DNA of 50,601 nt. It comes from Chloroflexota bacterium (lineage in GTDB: Bacteria; Chloroflexota; Limnocylindria; Limnocylindrales; CSP1-4). Below are positions 9,813-19,399 of this stretch, piece after piece. The notes beneath the pieces were generated by a model that saw only the letters and a list, made by a program, of their open reading frames with translations, did not search any database and was not told the origin of the DNA. A program made the translations under genes and the position numbers. The stretch covers positions 1-50,601 of the forward strand of contig JARDZW010000002.1 in the NCBI GenBank assembly GCA_029240655.1, written 5' to 3'. Positions within the stretch are counted from its first letter, which is position 1; the number at the start of each line of letters is the position of its first letter.

Positions 9813-10769
9813 TCAGTCGGAGTCGAGCGCCAGGTCGTCGCCGGCCGGCCCACCCTCGACCTCGGCGGCCGACAGGCCGGCGGCCGCGAGTGCGGACGGG
9901 TCGCGCGAAAGGATCACGCGCTGCGGCCTTGGGATCTCGATGCCGTTCGCCTCGAGGGCGGCGAGAAGCCGCTTGCGGAACTCGCCGCCCGCGGCCCATT
10001 GCTCTGGTGCCCGGACCGATCCCAGGATCTTGATCGTCACGCCGTATTCGCCGATGGCCTCGATCCGCTCGACGCGCGGCGTCTCGAGGACGCGCCGTTT
10101 CCAGACCGGATCGGACGAGAACTCGCGCCCGACGTCGTCGACGATCTCGATGACCTTGTCGATGTCCGTCCCGTAGGCGACCGTGACGTCCTGGTTGATC
10201 CGGGCCCACACCCGGGTGAGGTTGGACGCGACCTTGATCTCTCCGTTTGGGACGGTGTGCACGACCCCGTCGAGGTCACGCACGGTGGTCCGTCGCAGGT
10301 TGAAGTCCTCGACCGTGCCGTCGATGCCGGCAACCCGTACGACGTCGCCCTTCGAGAACTGGTTCTCGAGCAGGATCAGGGCGCCGTTGAGGTAGTCACG
10401 GACCAGCGTCTGCGCACCGAAGCCAACGGCGATGCCGATGACTCCGAAGCCGGCGAGGGCCGGCCCGATATCGAGGCCGAGCTGCCCCAGGATCATGAGC
10501 GCGGCGATGACCACGATGAAGAACTGGACGACGTGCGCGCCCAGGCCATCGAGCGTGTCCATCCGCTTCTTGAGCTCGACCGCGCTCAGCTCCTGGGCGG
10601 TACCTTCCGTGGCCTCGCGGTCCAGGAGGGCCTTGACGATCCCGTGCACGAACAGGCTCGCGAGACGCATCGCGACGATCGTGACGATGACGATGAGGAC
10701 GACCGGGACGAGGGACTCGCCGGCGAATGCCGAGATGTCGCTCCACGGCGAATCGCTGAAGTCGGGCAT
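9813..10769 (-). CDS. Small-conductance mechanosensitive channel (MscS family)
   Basis: 318 aa. Three N-terminal TM helices are followed by the MscS beta-domain signature [41 protein letters not shown]. Confidence 0.85.
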   Translation of the reverse strand: MPDFSDSPWSDISAFAGESLVPVVLIVIVTIVAMRLASLFVHGIVKALLDREATEGTAQELSAVELKKRMDTLDGLGAHVVQFFIVVIAALMILGQLGLDIGPALAGFGVIGIAVGFGAQTLVRDYLNGALILLENQFSKGDVVRVAGIDGTVEDFNLRRTTVRDLDGVVHTVPNGEIKVASNLTRVWARINQDVTVAYGTDIDKVIEIVDDVGREFSSDPVWKRRVLETPRVERIEAIGEYGVTIKILGSVRAPEQWAAGGEFRKRLLAALEANGIEIPRPQRVILSRDPSALAAAGLSAAEVEGGPAGDDLALDSD

Positions 10770-10855
10770 CGCTCAAGGGTAGCGAGTCGCCGGAGACCAC
10801 TGCGGCCGCAACGCCACGTAAGTCGGCCATAAGGGACGAGTGCTTCACTCGGCGA

Positions 10856-11632
10856 ATGTCGTCCCACCTTCGGGTTACGTTCGCGCGCCTCTGCTTTGAC
10901 ACCCGCACGATGCTCGACATCAGCCAGCAAACCCTGGCGGACGCAGTCGGCGTGTCGCGGGCGTACATCGCGACGATCGAGAGCGGACGAGCGAATCCCT
11001 CCCTTGATCTAGTCAACAGGGTCGCCGACCGGCTGGGGATAGAGATCGGCCTGGTCGCTCGTCCGCCGCTGGTCTTCGCCAGACCACAACACGACCTGGT
11101 CCACGCCCGTTGCTCTGGATATCTGGACCGGCCATTGCGGCGTGCCGGCTGGGAGATCCGGCGCGAGGTCGAGATCGTCCATGGTCGGAGCCATGGCTGG
11201 ATCGACCTCCTCGCGTTTGATCCGCGGACTGGCACGTTGTTGATCATCGAGGTGAAGACCCGCCTCGACGATCTCGGGGCCATCGAACGCCAGCTCGGCT
11301 GGTATGAGCGTTCCGCGATGGCTGTTGCCCGGGACCTGGGATGGCGTCCTCGCCGCCTTACCAGTTGGCTGATCGTGCTCGCCAGCGACGAAGTTGATGT
11401 GGCGATCGCCACGAACCGGGATGCGCTGGCCGCCGCGTTCCCGATGCGGGCCCTCGAGATGTCCGGAGTCGCGTCTGGTCGGATCGTCTCGGGCAATCCA
11501 AGCCGGGGGATCGCGCTGATCGATCCTTCGAGCCGGCGCCGTGAGTGGTTGATCCGAAGTCGGTCGGACGGGCGGCGAAGCCAGGCTCCGTACCGCGGCT
11601 ACGCAGATGCAGCTCGCCGGTTCGGGCCGTGA
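10856..11632 (+). CDS. XRE-family HTH regulator fused to a YraN/UPF0102-like PD-(D/E)xK nuclease-fold domain
   Basis: 258 aa. The N-terminus is ISQQTLADAVGVSRAYIATIESGRANPSLDLVNRVADRLG (XRE HTH). The central region reads EIRREVEIVHGRSHGWIDLLAFDPRTGTLLIIEVKTRLDD, which fits an E...D...ExK restriction-endonuclease-like core. Confidence 0.7.
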   Translation: MSSHLRVTFARLCFDTRTMLDISQQTLADAVGVSRAYIATIESGRANPSLDLVNRVADRLGIEIGLVARPPLVFARPQHDLVHARCSGYLDRPLRRAGWEIRREVEIVHGRSHGWIDLLAFDPRTGTLLIIEVKTRLDDLGAIERQLGWYERSAMAVARDLGWRPRRLTSWLIVLASDEVDVAIATNRDALAAAFPMRALEMSGVASGRIVSGNPSRGIALIDPSSRRREWLIRSRSDGRRSQAPYRGYADAARRFGP

Positions 11633-11842
11633 TGGTCACCCTGAGGCACGAACGCCGCACAGATGCCTCGTGATCGCCAGCCTCATCTACCCTTCGAGTC
11701 GGTTTGGACGATCGGTCGTGCAGGGCTGTTGGTAAACGGTATCTCGGAGTGACATGTCGCCGGCGATCGCGCACGACTGAGCCGAAATCGTGCCTGAGCG
11801 TGACGGGGTTCCGGGATCGGCGTGGGCCGCGGGCAGGGAGTC

Positions 11843-12646
11843 TCAGGCCGTTGCGGTCACCGGGGTGGACTCGCGGCCGGGAGCGGTGCCGCCGAGCCGC
11901 ACTGAGATGGCCGCAGCGGCTTCCCGGGCCTGGGCCGCGAGCTCCGGGATGCGCCGCGGGGTGAGCCGGAACGCCGGCCCCCATACGTCCACGGCCGCGA
12001 TCACGTTGCCGCGCGCGTCGTGGATCGGGGCGGCAACAGCGTTGAGGCCCAGCTCGTACTCACCGATGGCCGTCGCGTACCCGCGCCGCCTGATGCGGGC
12101 CAGCTCCTCGAGCAGCGGCTCCAGTTCGACGATCGTGCGTTCCGTGTAGCTCACGAGTCCGCGCCGCACGATCCGCAGCACGTCGCGCTCGGCCAGGGCC
12201 GACATCAGCACCTTGCCCGAAGCGACGCAGTGGAGGGGCGTGGCTCGACCGGTCCAGTCGCCGACCGCGATGAGGTTGGGCCCGTCCGCCTGGGCGACCG
12301 TCAGCAGCGAGTCGCCATCGAGGATCCCGATCCCCGTCGTCTCATGCGTCAGGCGCGCCAGCCGCTCCAGCTCCGGGGAGGCGATGCCGCGCAGGTCGAG
12401 GGTGCGCTCCGCGCGCTCGGCGAGGCGGATGACCACGAGGCCGAGGCGGTACTTTCCGGTCTCGTCGTCCTGCTCCACGAGGCCGCGCTTCTGGAGCGTG
12501 GCCAGCAGGCGCGAGGCCGTGGACTTGTGGAGACCCAGCCGGCGGGCGAGCTCGGTGACACCAGCCTCGCCCTGCGACTCGCCGAGGGCCAGGAGCAGGG
12601 CGGCCGCTCGATCGACCGAGCGGACCGCGTTCCCGTCGACGACCAT
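11843..12646 (-). CDS. IclR-family transcriptional regulator
   Basis: 267 aa. It has the HTH GVTELARRLGLHKSTASRLLATLQKRGLVEQD and a C-terminal IclR effector domain (...YATAIGEYELGLNAVAAPI...). Confidence 0.85.
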   Translation of the reverse strand: MVVDGNAVRSVDRAAALLLALGESQGEAGVTELARRLGLHKSTASRLLATLQKRGLVEQDDETGKYRLGLVVIRLAERAERTLDLRGIASPELERLARLTHETTGIGILDGDSLLTVAQADGPNLIAVGDWTGRATPLHCVASGKVLMSALAERDVLRIVRRGLVSYTERTIVELEPLLEELARIRRRGYATAIGEYELGLNAVAAPIHDARGNVIAAVDVWGPAFRLTPRRIPELAAQAREAAAAISVRLGGTAPGRESTPVTATA

Positions 12647-12673
12647 GTGTCCCCCTTCTTCCTGGGCGCGCGT

Positions 12674-14074
12674 TCAGCCGGCGCCGGGCGACGACATCGC
12701 GCCCGTGGCGGTGGGCGCCGGTACGCCGCGCGCGCGATCTTCGAGCGCCGCTTCGAGCGAATCCGAGAACGCCGTCAGCACCCGGTCGATGATGTCGGCG
12801 TCGGCGTGCGCCTCGCAGATGAACCACGGCTCTCGGGAGTCGGGCTCCGGCATCGCGCCGCGGGCGTGCATGCCGATCGCGATCGCGTCGTACAGCTCGT
12901 GATCCGTCGTCGCCCAGTCGCGGTATTCGGTCGCGACCTCCTCACGGAACATGATCCCGAACATGGATGGGTGACCGGTGAAGTGGTACGCGATGCCCAC
13001 GGGGTCGAGGATCTCGCGCAGGCCATCCTGGATCGTGCGGCCGGTCGCGTGGATCGTCTCGAGCGCGTTCGTGTCACGGAGGATCTCGAGGGTCTTGACC
13101 GCGGCTGCGGCGGCGACGCGGTTGCCGGCATAGGTGCCGCCGTGGCTGACCTTGTCGGGAAGCATGTCCATGACTTCGCGACGCCCGCCGAACGCGGCCG
13201 CCGGATAGCCGTTGCCCATCGCCTTGGCGAACGTGCCGAGGTCCGGCTTGATGCCGAAGAACTCGGCGGCGCCGCCGCGGGCCAGCCGGAACCCGGTCTT
13301 CACCTCGTCGAAGATCAGCAGGATCCCGAATTCCTCGGTCAGGGCGCGCATCTGCCGATGGAATCCCTCCTGCGGCATGATCGCCTGGGCGTTGCCGAGG
13401 ACCGGCTCGACGATGATCGCGGCGATCTCCTCGCCGTGCCGTTCGAAGATCCGACGCAGGGCGTCGATGTCGTTGTAGCGCGCCGGGATGATCGTGTCGG
13501 CGACAGCGCCGGGGATACCGCGGCCCCAGGCGAGGGCGACGGGCGCATCCGCGTCGCCCAGCTCCGACATATCGTCCGGGCCGACGCTGATCAGGGCGTA
13601 GTCGTGGACGCCGTGGTACTGGCCTTCGAACTTCACGATCTTCTCGCGGCCCGTGAAGGCGCGAGCGATCCGCATCGCGTGCATCGTCGCCTCGGTGCCC
13701 GACACCGTCATGCGGGCCATATCGACCCAGCCGGTGAGGTCCTTGACGAGCTCCATCGCGCGGACCTCGTCCTCGCTCGTCAGGCTGAAGCTGACGCCCC
13801 GGCGCATGCGCTCGTTGACGTAGTCGTCAACCCGGTCGTCCCCGTGGCCAAGGATCACCGGGCCGTAGCCCATGCGCAGGTCGACGAACTCGTTGCCGTC
13901 GGCGTCCCAGACCTTGCCGCCCTTGCCCCGATCGACGTAGATCGTGCTCTCACCCCAGGCGCGGAAATTCGAATCCGTGCCACCGGGAAGCGACTGGAGC
14001 GCTCGCTGATACAGCGCGTTCTGGGCGTCGCGACGGAGCTTTGGGGTGATCCGGGCGGCGGGTTCCGTGGCCAT
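12674..14074 (-). CDS. Class-III PLP-dependent aminotransferase (GSA-aminomutase-like)
   Basis: It shows SGTEATMHAMRIARAFTGR and IFDEVKTGFR (PLP lysine). I verified the ATG at 14074 (MATEPAARITPK...). The 76 codons upstream in the longest ORF are Arg/Pro-rich and run into the divergent promoter region. Confidence 0.85.
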   Translation of the reverse strand: MATEPAARITPKLRRDAQNALYQRALQSLPGGTDSNFRAWGESTIYVDRGKGGKVWDADGNEFVDLRMGYGPVILGHGDDRVDDYVNERMRRGVSFSLTSEDEVRAMELVKDLTGWVDMARMTVSGTEATMHAMRIARAFTGREKIVKFEGQYHGVHDYALISVGPDDMSELGDADAPVALAWGRGIPGAVADTIIPARYNDIDALRRIFERHGEEIAAIIVEPVLGNAQAIMPQEGFHRQMRALTEEFGILLIFDEVKTGFRLARGGAAEFFGIKPDLGTFAKAMGNGYPAAAFGGRREVMDMLPDKVSHGGTYAGNRVAAAAAVKTLEILRDTNALETIHATGRTIQDGLREILDPVGIAYHFTGHPSMFGIMFREEVATEYRDWATTDHELYDAIAIGMHARGAMPEPDSREPWFICEAHADADIIDRVLTAFSDSLEAALEDRARGVPAPTATGAMSSPGAG

Positions 14075-14201
14075 CAAGTCCTCGTTGTGCGGGCATGCGA
14101 TCCGGCGGGCGTGGCGACCCGGCCCACGATCGCGCGTTGCGCGATGCGGGACGGCGGTCGGCGCATCGTGCCACACGCCCGTCCGCGGCGTCAACGCGAC
14201 T

Positions 14202-14270
14202 TTCGTCACGTTCTGGTTGGAACGCCACGAATCCCGCGCCGTCTGCATCGGTTGCGTGCGGATACGCACG
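14202..14270. promoter_or_regulatory. Imperfect palindromes in the divergent aminotransferase/FAD-oxidoreductase control region; candidate IclR operator(s)
   Basis: TTCGTCACGTTC-tggttg-GAACGCCACGAA (14202-14231) has 10 of 12 arm positions complementary. CGTGCG-gata-CGCACG (14255-14270) has perfect 6-bp arms. Confidence 0.3.
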
Positions 14271-14300
14271 TCGTCGCTCTGCTGTCTAGACTTCGGGCTC

Positions 14301-15695
14301 ATGCCACCAACGAGCTCGAACGCCCCGGTCAGCTACTGGCTGCGCGAGCCGAGCCCGCCCGCGGATCCGCCGCTGAACGCCGGCGAGCGCGTGGACGCCG
14401 ACGTCGCGATCATCGGCGCCGGCTTCACCGGCCTGTGGACCGCGATCGCGCTGACCGACACCGACCCATCCCTGCGGGTCGTGGTGCTGGAGGCGGAGAC
14501 CGTGTCGTTCGGGGCCAGCGGACGCAATGGCGGCTTCTGCGAGGCGAGCCTCACCCACGGCCTGGCAAACGGGATCAGGCACTTCCCCGATGAGCTGCCG
14601 CGGCTGGAGCAGGAGGGCATCGAGAATCTCGCGGCGTTGATCGAGTTCACCCGCGAGCACGGCATCGAGTGCGACCTCGAGGAGACCGGCACCCTCGGCC
14701 TCGCCGATCAGCCGTACCAGGTCGATGAGTTCCGGGCCTGGGTCGACGAGGCGGCCGAGCATGGGGAGCACCTGGTGTTCCTGGACGGCGACGCCGCCCG
14801 CGACGAGGTCCACTCCCCGTTGTGGCACGCCGGCCTGTACCGGCCACCCGGCCGCGACGTGCTCCTGGACCCGGCGAAGCTGTGCCGCGGCCTGGCCCGC
14901 GTCGCACGCGGGCGCGGAATAGCCCTGCACGAGCACACCCGCGCGACCGGCGTCGAGCGACGGGCAGGCGGCATCACGATCACGACGGCCGCCGGCGCCT
15001 CAGTCCGTGCGGAAGAGGTCGTCGTCGCGACATCGGCCTACTCGGGCTGGCTGCGTCGCCTCTCGCCGCTGTTCGTGCCGGTCTACGACTACGTCCTCGT
15101 GTCCGATCCACTGACACGCGATCAGCGCGCGGCGATCGGCTGGGAGCGGCGCCAGGGCCTCAGCGACGGGAACAACCAGTTCCACTACTTCCGGCTCACC
15201 GCGGACGACCGCATCCTGTGGGGCGGCTACGACGCGATCCATCACTTCGGCAGCCGGGTCGGGCCGGAGCTCGACGACCGGCCGCAGACGTTCGAGCGGC
15301 TCGAAGCGCACTTCTTCCGGGCGTTTCCGCAGCTGGACGGCCTCGCATTCCCGTATCGCTGGGGCGGGGCCATCGACACGACCTCGCGATTCACGGTCAC
15401 GTTCGGCCAGACGATGGGCGGCCGGCTGACCTATGCCCTCGGCTACACGGGCCTTGGTGTCGGGGCCAGCCGCTGGGCAGCGGGCGTCGTCCGTGATCTC
15501 ATCCTGCGGCCCGACGAGGACCGTCTTCGCCTTCGGATCGTGACATCACCGCCCGTGCCGTTCCCGCCCGAGCCACTGCGATCGCTTGCCGTGGAGACCG
15601 TGCGCCACGAGCTGGATCGGGCCGACCGCAACGAGGGCCGCCGGGGGATCCTGCTCAAGACGTTCGACGCGCTCGGGATCGGCTTCGACTCCTGA
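14301..15695 (+). CDS. FAD-dependent oxidoreductase (DAO family, PuuB-like)
   Basis: It has the N-terminal dinucleotide fold ADVAIIGAGFTGLWTAIAL. I verified the ATG at 14301 (MPPTSSNAPVSYWL...). It is divergent from the aminotransferase. Confidence 0.8.
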   Translation: MPPTSSNAPVSYWLREPSPPADPPLNAGERVDADVAIIGAGFTGLWTAIALTDTDPSLRVVVLEAETVSFGASGRNGGFCEASLTHGLANGIRHFPDELPRLEQEGIENLAALIEFTREHGIECDLEETGTLGLADQPYQVDEFRAWVDEAAEHGEHLVFLDGDAARDEVHSPLWHAGLYRPPGRDVLLDPAKLCRGLARVARGRGIALHEHTRATGVERRAGGITITTAAGASVRAEEVVVATSAYSGWLRRLSPLFVPVYDYVLVSDPLTRDQRAAIGWERRQGLSDGNNQFHYFRLTADDRILWGGYDAIHHFGSRVGPELDDRPQTFERLEAHFFRAFPQLDGLAFPYRWGGAIDTTSRFTVTFGQTMGGRLTYALGYTGLGVGASRWAAGVVRDLILRPDEDRLRLRIVTSPPVPFPPEPLRSLAVETVRHELDRADRNEGRRGILLKTFDALGIGFDS

Positions 15696-15701
15696 ATGTG
15701 G

Positions 15702-15729
15702 CGAAGCCCGCCGTCCCGGCGGGCTTCGT
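15702..15729. terminator. Bidirectional intrinsic terminator hairpin between convergent genes
   Basis: CGAAGCCCGCCG-tccc-CGGCGGGCTTCG forms a perfect 12-bp GC-rich stem with a 4-nt loop. It sits 6 nt after the stop at 15695 and 27 nt from the convergent stop at 15757. There is no clear U-tract. Confidence 0.6.
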
Positions 15730-15756
15730 CGCCAGGGCACGCCGCGGGGGCCCGCT

Positions 15757-17493
15757 TCAGCCGTTCGGGATCCGAACGAGCAGGAGCTGGCCACCGGCCC
15801 TCTTGTCAGTGAAATCCGGGCCCGGGGGCGGGACGTTGTCGGCGCCCGGGCGCTTTTCGACCCACAGGGTCCCGGCCTGGACGTCGATGAGGAAGGCACC
15901 GGGCCCGAACGCGGCCGATGCATCCACGATGCCGCTCGATTCCCAGGCGCCGAGGTTGCCCGGCGTCGCCACGGCGTCGACATCGGTCGGACCCTCATCG
16001 GCCGACTGGTTCACCTGCAAGGCAACGGACGCGACCCCGGTCGCGAGGTTGTACTGCCACAGGCGGGCCGGCGTCGCCGCGGGATCCGTCGAGCCGACCG
16101 GGAACTGCTGGCTCGATCCTGGATCCTCGGTGATGAACAGATTGTTGGCCGTCGACTCGATGTTGTCGGGCTGATGGATCTCGGTCAGGGTCTTGACCGG
16201 CATGTCGTCGCCTTCGATGAGGATCGAGAACGAGGTCACGATCGTCGGATCGGTCGGATCGAGGACGAGCTTCCAGACGCGGCCGTTCGTGGAGCGGCCG
16301 GGTTGGGACGCGCCGGCCGTGCCGCGGCCGGAATCGACCACGTAGGCCACGTTCGACATGCCCGGGCGCTTGTCGTAGGCGATGTCCTCGACGCGGACGA
16401 AGCCGAAGACACGGTTCTCAGGCAGCCGCGACCAGTAGTCGAGGACCCACTGCGGCCCGTCGATGCCGACGCCGTTGGGGTCGCGCTGCCAGCTTCCGTC
16501 ATTGGGCGGAAGCGGGTACGGGCCGCCCAGCGACGCTGGGACATCCCCGGCCATCAAGTCCGACCCATCGGGATTGCGCCCGGTGGCGATCAGCCGCGGG
16601 ACTTGGATGAACTGGCCGGTGACCGACGTCGCGTCGCCCGGAGCGAAGTCTTCGTATTTCTGCTTGGCGCCATTCGTCTGGAAAGCCCAGAGCGCACCCT
16701 GATCGTTCCATACCGCATCGGCATCCGGCGCGATGTACGAGTACAGCTGCGACTGCGACGGATTGTTGGTGAAGGTGTCGTCACCCGACAGCAGCACGAC
16801 ATCGTCGAAACCCGGGATCGGCACGGAGTTCTCGTGGTTGTGGCGGCCCATGCCCCAGATCGGGCGGTTGGTTCGGGACTCGAGGTCGTACGCGACGACC
16901 ACGCCGGACTGGCGCGCCGCTTCCGAACCGATCACGGCCGGCCAGGCGTTGCCGGTCCGGTTGACCCAGTCGACGCTCTCCTCGTTCGTGAAGAGGATCT
17001 CCCGATCGAAGCCCTCGGCAGCAGTCGCCAGGTAACTCGAGCAGAATCGCTGGTAGTTGTCGTCGCTGGTGATGACCATCTTGCCGCTCAGGACCCCGGC
17101 GCTCTTCCGGTGGAGCTGCAGCAGGCTGACCTGTGCGTTGTCGAAGTCATTCTGCGAGTTGAGCTCGGTCGGAGCCGATGGCGTGTACGGGAACGGGACC
17201 CGCGAGGTCTCATGGTTGACGTACACGTCGGCGATCGCGTTGTTTCGGACCTTCACGGCGATGCCGTCGGGCACCGACTCGAAGACATAGCCGTCGTCAC
17301 CAGCGGTCTCGCCGACCGTGATGAGCGGCGTGACGGTGATCCCGGCGCCCACCGCGGTCATCATCGCGGGCTGGCTCGTCGTCGTGCCGCCTCCGGCGGC
17401 CGTAACGGGCCCGACCCCGGCGCCGAGCGCGGCGATGACGAGCAAGGCGGTGAGGTGAAGCCGACGACGGGGCACGGGCCGTTGGCGGAGCAT
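15757..17493 (-). CDS. Exported beta-propeller protein, PhoX/DUF839-like (putative phosphatase)
   Basis: ATG at 17493 with GGAGG 6 nt upstream. The signal peptide has a twin-arginine-like PRRRLHLTALLVIAALGAG. The body shows RFCSSYLA, GRHNHENS, VRVEDIAYD and HQPDNIE..LFITEDPG, which resemble PhoX-family blocks. The longer ORF (to 17937) is Arg/Pro-rich antisense to the DUF885 gene. Confidence 0.55.
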   Translation of the reverse strand: MLRQRPVPRRRLHLTALLVIAALGAGVGPVTAAGGGTTTSQPAMMTAVGAGITVTPLITVGETAGDDGYVFESVPDGIAVKVRNNAIADVYVNHETSRVPFPYTPSAPTELNSQNDFDNAQVSLLQLHRKSAGVLSGKMVITSDDNYQRFCSSYLATAAEGFDREILFTNEESVDWVNRTGNAWPAVIGSEAARQSGVVVAYDLESRTNRPIWGMGRHNHENSVPIPGFDDVVLLSGDDTFTNNPSQSQLYSYIAPDADAVWNDQGALWAFQTNGAKQKYEDFAPGDATSVTGQFIQVPRLIATGRNPDGSDLMAGDVPASLGGPYPLPPNDGSWQRDPNGVGIDGPQWVLDYWSRLPENRVFGFVRVEDIAYDKRPGMSNVAYVVDSGRGTAGASQPGRSTNGRVWKLVLDPTDPTIVTSFSILIEGDDMPVKTLTEIHQPDNIESTANNLFITEDPGSSQQFPVGSTDPAATPARLWQYNLATGVASVALQVNQSADEGPTDVDAVATPGNLGAWESSGIVDASAAFGPGAFLIDVQAGTLWVEKRPGADNVPPPGPDFTDKRAGGQLLLVRIPNG

Positions 17494-17612
17494 ATGACCT
17501 CCTCGGGTGCGGTGGAGGGGCATTCGGTCGGGTCCGCAATGGTCCCGCAGCCTCTCACTTACGGCAAGCGAACACGGCCCCCGAGCTCGAGACGTGGTGC
17601 GCACTGGCACCG

Positions 17613-19289
17613 TCAAGCCGGTGTCGCCACCCAGGTCGGCAGCTCGCGGGCGAGCGTCGCGAGGGGCAGCGACCCGTGTCCGAGGACCTGGTCGTGAAAC
17701 TCGCGCAGGTCGAACTGCGCGCCGTCGCGCTCCGTGAGCTCGCGTCGCAGCTTCTCGATCTGGCGCTGGCCCAGCTTGTAGGTCAGGGCCTGCCCCGGCC
17801 AGCAGATGTAGCGATCCGTCTCGATGACCGCGTCCGTCTCGGACAGGCCGGCGTTTCGCAGGAAGTCGATCGAGCGCTGCCGCTCCCAGCGCAGCGCATG
17901 CAACCCCGTGTCCACGACCAGTCGGGCCGCGCGCCACGCCTGCGCATCGAGCATCCCGAACCGCTCCCCTTCCGAGCGGTACAGACCCATCTCGTCGGCG
18001 AGGCGCTCGCTGTAGAGCCCCCAGCCTTCGACGTAGGCGCCTCCGACCGCTCGCGCTCCAAGACGGCGGAACGTGTTCAGTTGCGTGTTCTCCATCTCCA
18101 GGGCGATCTGGAAGTGGTGTCCGGGCGCCGCTTCGTGGTACGTCGTCGAGGCGAGCTTCGTGTACTTGCGCGACGGGAGGTCGTAACCGTTCGCGTAGTA
18201 GATCCCGTCGCGCGATCCATTGGCCGACGGCGGGTAGTAGTAGGCGAACGGCGCGTCCCGCTCCTTGTATTCCTCGACTGGCCGGACATCGAGCCCGGCC
18301 ACCGGCAGACGGCCGAAGTAGCGCGGCGCGGCCGCCATCGCCCGCTCGACGTCCTCGGCCGCGCGCTGGACCAGCTGATCCTTCGTCCGCGGCGTGTTGG
18401 CGTCGTCGGCGTCCAGGCTGGCGCGATAGGCGGCCGTGTCCTCACCGAACCCGGCGGCGCGGGCGATCACGCGTCGTTCGTCCTCGATCGTCTCGAGCTC
18501 GTCCATCCCGATCTGGTGGATCTCGCGCGGGTCCATCTCGAGGGTCGTCCAGCTGCGGATGGCCGTCCGGTAGATCGCTTCGCCGTTGGGCGCGGACCAG
18601 ATGCCGGGCTCCTCCCGGCTCGCGTGCCGGTACTCGCCACGGAGCACGTCGAGGAAGGCCCGGTCGGCGGGGTACACGACGTCGCGCACGACGTCGCGGA
18701 TCCGCTCCCGGTCGGCATCCGATGCGCCCTTCACGCTGGCGGGGACGATCGCTTCGTCGATCGGGATCTCGAGCATGCGCTCGATCTGGGCGATCGTCCG
18801 CTCCGTCACGATCGATGGCGCCGTCAGCCCGGTCCCGATCGCCTCGCGCAGGATGTCGGCGTTGGCGGCCATGAACGCGGGGTAGGCGTGCAGCCGCGCG
18901 ATGAACGCTTCCAGCCGCTCGGGGGTGTCGACGGGCTGGAACTGCGTCAGCTGGGGCAGGAGCTGCTGAGGCCCGCCCATCTGGTCCACGACGCGGAGCT
19001 GGTGCAGCCCCTGGTCATCTTCTTCGACACGAAGCTCGCCGATCACCCGGAGCATGTCGCGGGTGATGCGCTCCTCCGTCGACAGCCCGTCCACCGGGAT
19101 GGCCATCGCCTCCGCCGCTGTCCGGGCCATCAGATCGCGGACCCTCGCGCGACCAGCCGGCGAGGGGTCCTCCAGCCGGTCGGCGTAGCGCTCGTCGCCG
19201 TAGAACGTGGCCGTCGTGGGATCGAGCTCGAGGATGCTCTCCCAGTAGCGGTCGGACAAGGCGTCCACGGTCGAACGGTCGTCGGTCAT
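17613..19289 (-). CDS. DUF885-family protein (putative metallopeptidase-like)
   Basis: It shows the HEAAPGHHFQ motif and the N-terminus MTDDRSTVDALSDRYWESILELDPTTATFYGDERY typical of DUF885. I verified the ATG at 19289. Confidence 0.8.
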   Translation of the reverse strand: MTDDRSTVDALSDRYWESILELDPTTATFYGDERYADRLEDPSPAGRARVRDLMARTAAEAMAIPVDGLSTEERITRDMLRVIGELRVEEDDQGLHQLRVVDQMGGPQQLLPQLTQFQPVDTPERLEAFIARLHAYPAFMAANADILREAIGTGLTAPSIVTERTIAQIERMLEIPIDEAIVPASVKGASDADRERIRDVVRDVVYPADRAFLDVLRGEYRHASREEPGIWSAPNGEAIYRTAIRSWTTLEMDPREIHQIGMDELETIEDERRVIARAAGFGEDTAAYRASLDADDANTPRTKDQLVQRAAEDVERAMAAAPRYFGRLPVAGLDVRPVEEYKERDAPFAYYYPPSANGSRDGIYYANGYDLPSRKYTKLASTTYHEAAPGHHFQIALEMENTQLNTFRRLGARAVGGAYVEGWGLYSERLADEMGLYRSEGERFGMLDAQAWRAARLVVDTGLHALRWERQRSIDFLRNAGLSETDAVIETDRYICWPGQALTYKLGQRQIEKLRRELTERDGAQFDLREFHDQVLGHGSLPLATLARELPTWVATPA

Positions 19290-19399
19290 CGTGGTCTCGA
19301 GCCCTCCCCTGCGGACGGGATGCGCCGCCCGGATCCGCGCCGCGCCGCCCCGGGTCGGGGCCGCGGCCTGATGGAGTCGTAGCGTAGCGTGCGGGACCC

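Noticed and set aside
11633-11842. 210-nt spacer between convergent genes with slightly lower GC and a weak hairpin (GAGGCA-n15-TGCCTC), considered as a possible sRNA or element remnant.
   Set aside because: It has no convincing structure, repeat termini or coding potential. It is noted only as context for the HTH-nuclease gene.
13968-13976. TTCGAATCC, which resembles a tRNA T-loop.
   Set aside because: It lies inside the aminotransferase coding frame (it encodes ...GTDSNFRAW... on the minus strand), and no acceptor or anticodon stems surround it. I found no tRNA anywhere in the window.
14075-14302. N-terminal extensions in the longest-ORF calls: 14075-14302, 17494-17937, 19290-19700, 9761-9853, 26084-26248, 34636-35082, 36515-36820, 39536-39889, 40792-40911 and 48143-48184.
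   Set aside because: Each extension overlaps a neighbouring gene or a divergent promoter, is Arg/Pro-rich, and precedes an internal start. That internal start gives the canonical family N-terminus, often with an RBS or an ATGA/GTGA coupling overlap.
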